IMG/VR virus record: IMGVR_UViG_3300025674_000014
Length of the DNA stretch: 64,000 nucleotides
Source of the DNA: a virus
Lineage: Duplodnaviria; Caudoviricetes
Reading direction: 5' to 3' (one strand)
Positions 48,101 to 55,668 of this stretch are shown here, in pieces. The translations under genes were made by a program, and so were the position numbers. Within the stretch, counting starts at the first letter, position 1; every line of letters starts with the position of its first letter. Under the pieces are notes generated by a model. It ran no database searches. It was not told the DNA's origin and saw only the letters and a list, made by a program, of their open reading frames with translations.

Positions 48101-49437
48101 GTTTGTGTGGGTGTTCTAGTAGATGTATCAGTAGGGGTATACGTTGGTGTTTGGGTACGTGTTCTTGTTTGTGTAGATGTTCTTGTTTGTGTAGATGTTC
48201 TAGTTTGTGTAGATGTTCTTGTTGATGTTTGAGATGATGTTCTGGTTTGGGTGGGTGTTCTAGTACTAGTATTAGTTGATGTTCTAGTTGGGGTAGGATA
48301 GGCAGATACAGTACTAGTGGGGGTTCTAGTTTGGGTTGACGTTCTAGTTGGTGTTTCGGTGGGTGTACTAGTTGGTGTTTGAGTTGCTGTTCTTGTATTG
48401 GTAGCGGTTCTTGTATTGGTAGCGGTTCTAGTGCTTGTAGGTGTTTGGGTTTGAGTATTAGTTCGTGTTTGTGTAGATGTTCTTGTGTTTGTTTGGGTAC
48501 TAGTTCTCGATTGAGTACTAGTTTGGGTTGACGTTCTTGTTTGTGTAGAACTTCTAGTTGAAGTATAGGTAGGGGTGTATGTTGGTGTGTTAGTTGTTGT
48601 TTGAGTTACTGTTGGTGTTGGAGTTGAAGATGATGTTCTTGTACTTGTTTGGGTAACCGTTGATGTAGCTGTTCTAGTATATGTTGGTGTACAAGTTCTA
48701 GTACGCGAAGGGGTTTGAGTAGGTGTTCTACTAGATGTTGCGGTTCTAGTGGGGGTTTGAGTAGCAGTCTGTGTATTAGTTCTAGTTTGAGTAGATGTTT
48801 GAGTAGAAGTTCTAGTTACTGTCTGAGAAGGTGTTTGTGTATTTGTCGCTGTTTGTGAAGGTGTTCTTGTACTAGTTCTTGTTCTTGTTTGTGTTGGGGT
48901 TGGGGTTGATGAACTAGTTGGGGTACGAGTTCTAGTTGCATCAGGGGTGTCTGTTTGAGTTGCTGTTCTTGTAACTGTTTGAGTACTTGTTCTTGTTACA
49001 GTGCTAGTAGACGTTTGAGTTGGTGTTCTTGTATTTGTAGGTGTTTGGGTTTGTGTGGGGGTAGGAGTACCATATACAGGTGAAGGTGAAACTGAACTAG
49101 TACGTGTTTGTGTTCTAGTAAATGTATTGGTTTTTGTAGGAGTTGAATAAGGTGAAACTGTAGATGTAGGCGATAAAGTAATCGATTTAGTAGAAGTAGG
49201 AGAGTAAGTTACTGTCGACGAAGGTGTTATATCTTTAGTACGGGTATTCGTTCTTGTTTGTGTAGCTGTTTTTGTTTGAGTTGGTGTATTAGATCTGGTT
49301 TGTGTAGAAGATCTAGTAGGGGTAGGGGTTTGAGTTCTACTTCTAGTAACCGTGGGTGTAGGTGTTCTTGTGGCGTTTGGAGTTTCGCCGTATTTGAATA
49401 GACCTTGATTTAGCTTGACAATTTTAGGATTGGCCAC
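45175..49437 (-). CDS. TxT stalk protein (1420 aa, GTG start) with ~460 aa Cys-rich C-terminal domain of unrecognised fold
   Basis: TxT tract about 46555-49376; Cys-dense C-term; TAAATA upstream. Confidence 0.85.
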   Translation of the reverse strand: MANPKIVKLNQGLFKYGETPNATRTPTPTVTRSRTQTPTPTRSSTQTRSNTPTQTKTATQTRTNTRTKDITPSSTVTYSPTSTKSITLSPTSTVSPYSTPTKTNTFTRTQTRTSSVSPSPVYGTPTPTQTQTPTNTRTPTQTSTSTVTRTSTQTVTRTATQTDTPDATRTRTPTSSSTPTPTQTRTRTSTRTPSQTATNTQTPSQTVTRTSTQTSTQTRTNTQTATQTPTRTATSSRTPTQTPSRTRTCTPTYTRTATSTVTQTSTRTSSSTPTPTVTQTTTNTPTYTPTYTSTRSSTQTRTSTQTSTQSRTSTQTNTRTSTQTRTNTQTQTPTSTRTATNTRTATNTRTATQTPTSTPTETPTRTSTQTRTPTSTVSAYPTPTRTSTNTSTRTPTQTRTSSQTSTRTSTQTRTSTQTRTSTQTRTRTQTPTYTPTDTSTRTPTQTRTPTQTRTATQTRTSTQTPTPTSTRTSTQSSTVTKTATQTHTPTQTRTPTQSRTRTQTPTNTKTRTSTQSSTVTKTATQTPTNTSTRTSTQTPTQTRTRTQTPTFTRTPSQTDTPGVTQTRTSTQTITQTSSNTRTQTPSQTRTRTQTPTSTKTRTRTTTPTNTRTSTQTRTPTSTRTRTQTPTRSQSPTRSQSPTRTQSPTRTRTRTQTPTRSQSPTRTRTSTQTRTRSQTPTRERTPTNTRTSTQTRTPTSTRSRTQTRTRTQTPTQTRTKSRTYTPTKTRTRTQTPTRSQTRTRTQTPTRTQSPTRTRSQTPTKTRTQTPTQTRTRTQTPTRSQTPTRTRTPTNTRSRTQTKTRTQTPTQTRTSTHTRSVSPTKTRSRTPTQTRTSTSTRSRTPTRTRTRTPTYTRTQSPTRTRTRTETPTRTRSRTPTQTRTRTCTPTRTRTRTETPTRTRTYTPTQTRTCTPTRTSTRTRTQTPTNTRSYTPTQTRTCTQTRTYTPSQTRTYTPTQTATPPVQCYNINTCYECTYGPCANFDLLCNTFPSTNYCASYSGSYFVCYRFCLQDFESAAVMCPGTSFRFPFTACTKPKPGTCFEGCYIPGSIVSLLTITPPSRLMANATNSGKCYRNTYKQKMSYGTCFQCVRYISMCNTQADGYVCYTVCAPAYCLHTNYGISCAPASSCTQCVATSCIAGYCNCYINASLGCLKDWGANPTSPYIVETEFKVPSLYTGCTDGWLSPNRPCAFFNTSNGTCERCDCPDIGSPIASGYTWVYTGVLPQHVYSQSCSDADGCYDSLVIMESNNATYNAFPSVTHCTRECFGCSGGVVMYNKPLQNRMWCCDYAQDANPTGWMSNYFAVKAARACGTITNISGSTLTVTLYARANDCNYNYCYCSLVSCSLAAGGYWNYDVTYCNIMQAAACYAYGQSPYGSNALWLCITPYVGSAQRVEVYSNFSYCVNRNNDLYVGVGYGTL

Positions 49438-49445
49438 ATATTTAT

Positions 49446-49796
49446 TTATTTCAATAATTTACTAATAAATGTTTTAACTTCAGGATCCGTTTGATTATGA
49501 GTAATACTTGTAAGCGAAGTGAAGTCTGTTACTATATTCATCTTTTTATTTTTATTACCAAAAACTAATTCATATACAATCTCGTCATCAACTTCAGAAT
49601 CATAATCAGTAATATCTAAAATCTCTCTTACTTTCTTAACTGAATTGCCTAATCTAAGTAGTTTTTTAGCTTCCTTACAAATATAACTTTTTTGTAAATT
49701 TTCTTCACTACCAGCTTTCTCTACTTTTTTATCGTAATATGTATCCGTAATTGTAAGAGAACGACCGGTCACTATGCACACAATTTTCTTTGCCAT
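49446..49796 (-). CDS. Hypothetical protein, paralog of 62093-62566
   Basis: Start revised to MAKKIVC (TTGACT-16-TATAAT promoter 7 nt upstream); shared IVC..S...T.TY...K....G.S.E.L.K.Y.C.E pattern. Confidence 0.7.
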   Translation of the reverse strand: MAKKIVCIVTGRSLTITDTYYDKKVEKAGSEENLQKSYICKEAKKLLRLGNSVKKVREILDITDYDSEVDDEIVYELVFGNKNKKMNIVTDFTSLTSITHNQTDPEVKTFISKLLK

Positions 49797-49803
49797 CAAT
49801 AAA

Positions 49804-49831
49804 ATTATAATCGTTGTTCTCCTCAAGTCAA
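49804..49831 (-). promoter_or_regulatory. sigma70-type promoter, back-to-back with the late promoter
   Basis: TTGACT-16 nt-TATAAT, 7 nt before ATG 49796. Confidence 0.65.
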
Positions 49832-49832
49832 C

Positions 49833-49840
49833 TATAAATA
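49833..49840 (+). promoter_or_regulatory. T4-late-like promoter, exact TATAAATA
   Basis: 6 nt before ATG 49847. Confidence 0.8.
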
Positions 49841-49846
49841 TTTCAA

Positions 49847-50476
49847 ATGTCTGATCAAGTAACCAAAATTTTAATTAGAAAAGGTCTTAACTCAGAAAAG
49901 AACGATATTATATTAGATCAAGCTGAATTAGGATACACTACAGATTATAAGCGAGTTTTTGTTGGAGATGGAGAAACTAACGGTGGATTTGTTATTGGTA
50001 ACAAATATCAAGGTGTTATAAACTTAACCGATGATTTATCTACATTAGTAAGTGCCGAATCTGGTGATTATGTTTATGATACCAATGAAAGTACGTTTGC
50101 TGTGTTAACCGGTGGTAGCCCAACTCTTAAAGATAACTACGTAACTACAGCTAATGCATTTAAAGGTACCGTTACAAGCATAACAGCCGGTGGTGGTATC
50201 ATATTCAATCAAGCAGATACTGAAATTACTACAACAGGTACTATAAAAATTAATATCGATGAAGGAAGTAGAACAGTTTTATCTACTTCTGAAAATGGAT
50301 TATTATTTGACTACAATGTATTTTACCCAGTTTCATCTGTTCTTTGGACAAATAATGCTACACCTCCAACAGATCCAGGTGGTATATTAGAAGGTACAGG
50401 ACAAACTTGGCTTAATTCAGGCGAAGTTACGACAAGTACCGGAGGCACCGTTTATGCGTGGATTCGAACCGGGTAA
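49847..50476 (+). CDS. Virion/tail-fibre protein with Mtd_N-like N-terminal domain
   Basis: TKILIRKG..AELGYTTDYKRVFVGDG..GG motif; exact TATAAATA 6 nt upstream. Confidence 0.65.
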   Translation: MSDQVTKILIRKGLNSEKNDIILDQAELGYTTDYKRVFVGDGETNGGFVIGNKYQGVINLTDDLSTLVSAESGDYVYDTNESTFAVLTGGSPTLKDNYVTTANAFKGTVTSITAGGGIIFNQADTEITTTGTIKINIDEGSRTVLSTSENGLLFDYNVFYPVSSVLWTNNATPPTDPGGILEGTGQTWLNSGEVTTSTGGTVYAWIRTG

Positions 50477-50490
50477 CCATAAATATCGAT

Positions 50491-50859
50491 ATGGCCAAAT
50501 TTGACGATAAAATAAACAGTTTGTTAAATGAGTTTACAACTGGCATGGCAGGTATGATGAATATGTCATCTGACAAACTTGCTCCTGCCAAAGGTTGGAG
50601 ATATGCTCATGACGAAGAAGAAGAAACCGGTAAATATGATGACGGTGATGGTAAGAAAGAACGCTGCGATTTCGTACCTTGTGGTAAAAAAGGTAAGAAA
50701 AAAGGTGATGAAGATGAAGAGCATCATGAAGTAGCTAATAGAAAGCGTCTTAAGAAAGATAAAGGTATGGGCGCTGGTACTAAAAAGCAAGCTGAAAAAG
50801 AAATCAAAAATCGTGACGTTTCTGCTAAGATGAAGAGACGTATGAAAGATGACGAATAA
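50491..50859 (+). CDS. Highly charged hypothetical protein, possible internal head protein
   Basis: Start revised to MAKFDDK, 5 nt after TAAATA; K/E/D-rich. Confidence 0.65.
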   Translation: MAKFDDKINSLLNEFTTGMAGMMNMSSDKLAPAKGWRYAHDEEEETGKYDDGDGKKERCDFVPCGKKGKKKGDEDEEHHEVANRKRLKKDKGMGAGTKKQAEKEIKNRDVSAKMKRRMKDDE

Positions 50860-50864
50860 GGATA

Positions 50865-51143
50865 ATGCTATCCTTTAAGCAATACTATCTATCCGAAAGT
50901 TCAGGTTACACATCAAGACCTATAGGAGGACCTAACATTTTAAACATTGGAAAACCGCTTGGAAGAAACCCAGGCGGTTTTCTTGGTGATGGTTCTACAA
51001 ATAGAGAAGCTATGCCAGATACTTTGCTTATAAAGAAAAAGAAAAAAGGTAAAAAGAAAAAGAGCATCAAACCAAAAAAGCTTGATGCTCAATCTACTAT
51101 TGATCAGCCTATGCAAAATAGGCCAATGCTCAACTGGACTTAA
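50865..51143 (+). CDS. Small basic hypothetical protein
   Basis: ORF track; N-term MLSFKQYYLSE resembles T4-type internal-protein leaders. Confidence 0.6.
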   Translation: MLSFKQYYLSESSGYTSRPIGGPNILNIGKPLGRNPGGFLGDGSTNREAMPDTLLIKKKKKGKKKKSIKPKKLDAQSTIDQPMQNRPMLNWT

Positions 51144-52027
51144 GGTAGCTTAATCTTCTGACCAATCGAAATTTTATTAGGATTTTTAATTTGCGGGTTA
51201 GCTTGTAATAATTGTTGTAATGTAATTTTATTATCTTTAGCTATTTGACTTAAATTATCTCCTTGTTTAACTATTATAATTTTTTCATCTGCGTTTCTTG
51301 TACCAGGCTCACCTACTGGCTCATAACTTTGAGCGGAAACGTTACTACCTTTACCCCAGTTATCTAAGAAATGTTTTTTAAATAAATTATTTCTTCTCGT
51401 TAAGTCTTGATATACATTTGAATCTTTAGGTTTATATTTTCTTTTATATTCTTTAAAAGCAGTAACTTTATCATTATTAACAACGGCGTTTGTAAAATCC
51501 TTAAACACACTTAATGCTTTTGGACCTAAATTAAAAATATAATCTATAAGCATTTGCTTTCTTTGACTATCTAATCTATCGTAAGTGCCTTTAGTATATC
51601 TATTATCTACTGCATTTTTAGCATACCCTGCAGCTTCATTTAAATCATTTTTGAGTAACTGAATAGCTTGATTTTGTGATATGCCTCTTGAAAAATTTTC
51701 TCCACCTTTTAACTTATGACCATATGCAATAGTATCGGTACCTCCTTCTGGACTAGGATGAGGATACCATTTACCGTTTTTAAATCCGGTCTTACCAGCA
51801 TTCTCTACATTCATAATGTATTGTACAAATGCAGGGTCTTCTGCAGCATTAGCATATCTGTTTATGTTTAATTCTTGAGGTGCTCTTGAAGCAGCTTGAA
51901 CATCTTTATTAGGCCCAGCTAATGATGCTAACCCTAATGCACCAGCAGCTAATACATCCTTTAAACCTTCATTCATAGGTTCATTATGGAGGTATCTCTC
52001 AAAAATTAAATGATTATCTTTATCCAC
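51140..52027 (-). CDS. Phage lysozyme (GH24/T4L-like) with C-terminal LysM domain
   Basis: VEN..YPHPSPEGGTDTIAYGHKL..LIDYIFNLG lysozyme motifs; VKQGDNLSQIAK..LLQANPQIKNPNKISIGQKIKLP LysM. Confidence 0.88.
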   Translation of the reverse strand: MDKDNHLIFERYLHNEPMNEGLKDVLAAGALGLASLAGPNKDVQAASRAPQELNINRYANAAEDPAFVQYIMNVENAGKTGFKNGKWYPHPSPEGGTDTIAYGHKLKGGENFSRGISQNQAIQLLKNDLNEAAGYAKNAVDNRYTKGTYDRLDSQRKQMLIDYIFNLGPKALSVFKDFTNAVVNNDKVTAFKEYKRKYKPKDSNVYQDLTRRNNLFKKHFLDNWGKGSNVSAQSYEPVGEPGTRNADEKIIIVKQGDNLSQIAKDNKITLQQLLQANPQIKNPNKISIGQKIKLP

Positions 52028-52067
52028 TTTATTATTTAATTAGTAGAATTAACATTAGGCCATTTTT

Positions 52068-52874
52068 TTAAATGTTAATTGCATATTCTATATCTTTAGG
52101 TGTAATCATAAATCCGGGATTTTCACCAGTTAATATAAAAAATAAATCTTTTATATTAGGATTAACTGATAATTTTAAAAGATCTATATTAGATAATGTA
52201 CCGTCCTCGATTAAACTTTCTAATGAACTTCTTATTCCAATAGGAACCGAAACTCTAAAATCAGCAGCTCTTCTACATAACATACTACCGTAATCATTTA
52301 TATCTTCAATACCTCCTTGAAATTGTTTTTGAAATTCAAATTCATCTTGAAAAGAACCACTTAGATAAGGGTATACAGTATTAATAAAATCATATTCCGA
52401 TTTACCACCACCTAAAATATTATCATTACCTTTACTTTTTTCACAACCTATTTTTGCTAAAATAAAAGGTATAGTTGAACCGGAAATAATTTGATTCCAT
52501 TCATTAAGTCTTTCATTAAAGTTTTTAATAATATTTTCTTCATATTCGGACGTTGATAATTTATCTTTACATAATTTTAATAGATTTAAATCTTCTTCAG
52601 TAGGTACTCTTACATCTGCAGGAGTATTGTCTAAAAAATCGGTTATTGTTTCAAGAACTGTTCTATCATCTATAAAATCATATTCTGCAAATAAACCATA
52701 TCTTAATTTAAAATTCATATAAGATAACACTTTATGTTTAAGGTTATCTACTTCAGTGGTATCTAATGGACATAACAGAGGTGGTGTATATTCAATATTT
52801 GGTGCGGGGGTTGGTACATCAAGACATGTAGTACATTTATTAGTAGGTCTAGAAGGTCTATCGATATTCGCCAT
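52068..52874 (-). CDS. Hypothetical late protein
   Basis: 268 aa ORF; TAAATA 9 nt upstream. Confidence 0.7.
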   Translation of the reverse strand: MANIDRPSRPTNKCTTCLDVPTPAPNIEYTPPLLCPLDTTEVDNLKHKVLSYMNFKLRYGLFAEYDFIDDRTVLETITDFLDNTPADVRVPTEEDLNLLKLCKDKLSTSEYEENIIKNFNERLNEWNQIISGSTIPFILAKIGCEKSKGNDNILGGGKSEYDFINTVYPYLSGSFQDEFEFQKQFQGGIEDINDYGSMLCRRAADFRVSVPIGIRSSLESLIEDGTLSNIDLLKLSVNPNIKDLFFILTGENPGFMITPKDIEYAINI

Positions 52875-53037
52875 ATGTTATATTATTTAAAGGTTGACTG
52901 TTAAATGCATTATATAAAGCAACTAGTTCTGTATCAGAAATATTATAGTCGATATATTCAGGAACAACTTCCCATTCTGATTCAGTTGTAGCACATCCTA
53001 CAAAAATAATAGGTAATATATAAAATAATTTTTTCAT
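52858..53037 (-). CDS. Small lipoprotein (59 aa), absent from the ORF track
   Basis: MKKLFYILPIIFVGCATTESEW...YR*; lipobox FVGC; ATGA overlap with the upstream stop. Confidence 0.7.
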   Translation of the reverse strand: MKKLFYILPIIFVGCATTESEWEVVPEYIDYNISDTELVALYNAFNSQPLNNITYGEYR

Positions 53038-53492
53038 ATTAGTATAAAAAATATAGAGTTAAGTTCATTTTGAGTTAAGTGTACAATTTGTCCATTTTGA
53101 GGTTCGATATATTTTATATATACTAAGCCTTGCTCATCTTTAGTTATAAAAATATTGATAGCGTGTCCACCACCCTTATCTCTATTGTACCATATTACCC
53201 CAAAAGCTACAGACTGTTTTTTAGATAAATCTGATTCTTTCTGCATAGCTTTTGAATGTAATATTTGAAGATAAACTCTAAATGCTTCTGCATAGTTATC
53301 ACAATCAAAAGTATGACGCCACCCAAATATACCTCTCTTAAAAAGCCATTTTTTAAAATTTTTATAACCTTCACCTAAAATAAAATCTTCACTATACATA
53401 CAATAGTTAGCATCAGGAGCATTTATTGGACAGGTTTCATTTGAACCCGTTCTTACATATTTTTTTATCTCGTGATTAGTTATTGTTTGCAT
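53034..53492 (-). CDS. Papain/transglutaminase-like cysteine peptidase (MOA agglutinin C-domain-like)
   Basis: FDCDNYAEAF, GGHAINIF and YIEPQN motifs. Confidence 0.6.
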   Translation of the reverse strand: MQTITNHEIKKYVRTGSNETCPINAPDANYCMYSEDFILGEGYKNFKKWLFKRGIFGWRHTFDCDNYAEAFRVYLQILHSKAMQKESDLSKKQSVAFGVIWYNRDKGGGHAINIFITKDEQGLVYIKYIEPQNGQIVHLTQNELNSIFFILI

Positions 53493-53507
53493 AGAAGTAT
53501 TTAGTCA

Positions 53508-53532
53508 TAAAAAAAGCCCTCTTACGAGGGCT
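53508..53532 (-). terminator. Intrinsic terminator
   Basis: Stem AGCCCTC/GAGGGCT, 4-nt loop, T-run on the minus strand. Confidence 0.85.
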
Positions 53533-53553
53533 GTGCTTGATTGAGGGTAATAA

Positions 53554-54066
53554 TTAAAGATTCCAATCGATTTCACCTTCAAGTGGGTTAGATGTATCTA
53601 ATACATCTCCACCAACTGGGTCAGCACCAGAGTAGATACCAGCAACTATAGCACCTATAATTTCTTTAGCTTTAGGTTCGTTTTCGATTTTATCTTTTAC
53701 ATTAGCAGCATAAAAATTATTATAACCATCTAATGCAAGGTCTAGTGTTGTAGCAATTACAGTATTGTAAGGAGCAACTACCTGCTTATCAATTTGTTCT
53801 GTAACATACTTTTTAAACACTTCTGGTTCAATCTGACCTGTATCAGCAGCAGTTTGAATTACCGATGCCGCATCATTGAAGTAACCAATAATCTTTTCCT
53901 TTTTATCTGCTTCAACTGTACCAAGATATGTTTTAACTGAAAAGGTCGTGCCATTTTCAACTACAGATAAAAGTAATTTATATTTGGCATCACTGTTACC
54001 TGTTTCTTCACACCCAGTACAAAATAAAGCACCAATAGCAAAAATTGTAGCTAATATTTTATTCAT
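53554..54066 (-). CDS. Lipoprotein of unknown function
   Basis: Start revised to MNKILATIFAIGALFCTGC (signal peptide + lipobox). Confidence 0.75.
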   Translation of the reverse strand: MNKILATIFAIGALFCTGCEETGNSDAKYKLLLSVVENGTTFSVKTYLGTVEADKKEKIIGYFNDAASVIQTAADTGQIEPEVFKKYVTEQIDKQVVAPYNTVIATTLDLALDGYNNFYAANVKDKIENEPKAKEIIGAIVAGIYSGADPVGGDVLDTSNPLEGEIDWNL

Positions 54067-54493
54067 CGTTACTTGCCTTTCTTTTAAGTTTACGCTCTGC
54101 TTTTTCACTCCAACCAGGTGTTAGGGGGTTCTTAGGAGCTCTTATTTCATTTCTACCTTGTCTTTCACCTCCACCGGGGTTACGATTACCCCAAGCACCT
54201 CTACCACCACCTGATCTAAAACGTTCAGCTGCCTTAGCGCCATTTTCTACTACTGCTTTAGCATCTTCTTTACTATAACCAAGATTAACTAATCTTTTTA
54301 TCATAGCTTGAATAGCTTTTTCTCTAATCTTTTTAATTTCAGCGTCCTCTACCATAATCTTTCCAATTTCTCGTTGAGATTCAGAAAGCTGAGGTCTTTG
54401 AGGACGTTGACGTAAAGTATCGGATGTTACTTGTCCGAACACCCCTGCAGTCATAAATGCTGCAGCCATAATTGTAATTACTGTTTGTTTCAT
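54059..54493 (-). CDS. Secreted/periplasmic hypothetical protein
   Basis: Sec-type signal MKQTVITIMAAAFMTAGVFG; helical body; Gly/Arg-rich tail. Confidence 0.7.
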   Translation of the reverse strand: MKQTVITIMAAAFMTAGVFGQVTSDTLRQRPQRPQLSESQREIGKIMVEDAEIKKIREKAIQAMIKRLVNLGYSKEDAKAVVENGAKAAERFRSGGGRGAWGNRNPGGGERQGRNEIRAPKNPLTPGWSEKAERKLKRKASNDE

Positions 54494-54497
54494 ATAA

Positions 54498-54773
54498 TCA
54501 ATTCATTGAGCGAAATACATCCGCTAATTTGTGTATTAAATTTTTAATTTGAGAATCTTCTAAACTTTTAGCAGTGCGTAGTTCTTCAATACACTGCTTA
54601 AGTTTATTTTTCTCTCTTGAATAAGGTTTTTCTTCTTCATACTCACTTGCAGCAGTACTTCTATACTCACTTGGGGTCAGTCCTTTATCATACTGACCGC
54701 TGTTACCAGTCTGTGCATCTTGAGTTTGCATAGAATCAAATCCTTCGAATTTTAGCAAGTCATCAAACTTCAT
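54498..54773 (-). CDS. Hypothetical late protein
   Basis: Start revised to MKFDDLLK, 5 nt after TAAATA. Confidence 0.65.
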   Translation of the reverse strand: MKFDDLLKFEGFDSMQTQDAQTGNSGQYDKGLTPSEYRSTAASEYEEEKPYSREKNKLKQCIEELRTAKSLEDSQIKNLIHKLADVFRSMN

Positions 54774-54817
54774 ATTTCTATTTAATTCTCTATCGTCCAA
54801 ATAAGGATTAAAACACA

Positions 54818-55645
54818 TTACCAAATATCTCCATGCACTATATCGCGAAACATTCGAGCGTTATAGAGAATTAACTCTCTCTCATCGTCCGTAACTTCAT
54901 GCTTAATCATAGTGAATAGTTTTTGTGATGGTTTCTCCGTTAGTCCTAGGTTACCATTGAAACGAATACCTTTGATACCCGATACAACTGGATTAGATGT
55001 ATCAAGAGACCTAATACCTCTAATGTTATTTTCACGATACCATCTAAACTCTCTAGCTAGAGCACAACCGAGTAGATGATGAGGTTTGTAATAATTCCAT
55101 GCACCTTCTTCGATAAGACGACGAATACAATCATGACGACCATTTACACAACGTTCAAGTCTGTTCTTACCATAACCTGTTACATCATACATACTGAGAT
55201 CGAAACTAAATGCAATGTAATCAGCCTTATCAGACATAAACTTATAACAGTCTAAAATTTCTGTCCATGTCTTACCTTGTACGACACCAATAGCAGCACC
55301 AGGTAGACCTGAATAATTCTTAAAGAAGTCTTCCCATTTCTCTAAAGTACCTTCATAACCTTCAAGTACATCAGGAACGACATAGTAATTAGGTTGAATC
55401 TTCTCAGCCCATACAGCAAACTTCTCAGCATCAAATGCTTCTCTTAGTTCAAAGATAGAATTATCAAGCAAGATTTCACCCTCAGGTTGCTTTGCTCTAA
55501 ACTTACCTGTAAACCAATCACGATATTCCTCTACTTCATCACAAAGATGCACTAAGCAGTATTGGTAATCGTTAAACATCATAGAGTCTTCCAATATTGA
55601 TACTGGAGTCTCATGCGAAATCATAATCTTATCAAGTCGTCTCAT
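54818..55645 (-). CDS. TIM-barrel protein, possibly tRNA-guanine transglycosylase/DpdA-like
   Basis: ILLDNSIFEL, VVPDVL, IGVVQG, HHLLG and SLDTS motifs in TGT-like order; CDS certain, function tentative. Confidence 0.5.
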   Translation of the reverse strand: MRRLDKIMISHETPVSILEDSMMFNDYQYCLVHLCDEVEEYRDWFTGKFRAKQPEGEILLDNSIFELREAFDAEKFAVWAEKIQPNYYVVPDVLEGYEGTLEKWEDFFKNYSGLPGAAIGVVQGKTWTEILDCYKFMSDKADYIAFSFDLSMYDVTGYGKNRLERCVNGRHDCIRRLIEEGAWNYYKPHHLLGCALAREFRWYRENNIRGIRSLDTSNPVVSGIKGIRFNGNLGLTEKPSQKLFTMIKHEVTDDERELILYNARMFRDIVHGDIW

Positions 55646-55668
55646 TGTCTATATTATATCTTTATCCT

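Noticed and set aside
9978-49376. Repeat tracts as CRISPR arrays, satellites or telomere-like DNA
   Set aside because: No constant repeat with unique spacers; the tracts are in-frame coding with synonymous variation; no cas genes seen
8532-49437. Diversity-generating retroelement acting on the Cys-rich tips
   Set aside because: No reverse transcriptase and no template/variable repeat pair with adenine-specific differences seen in this window
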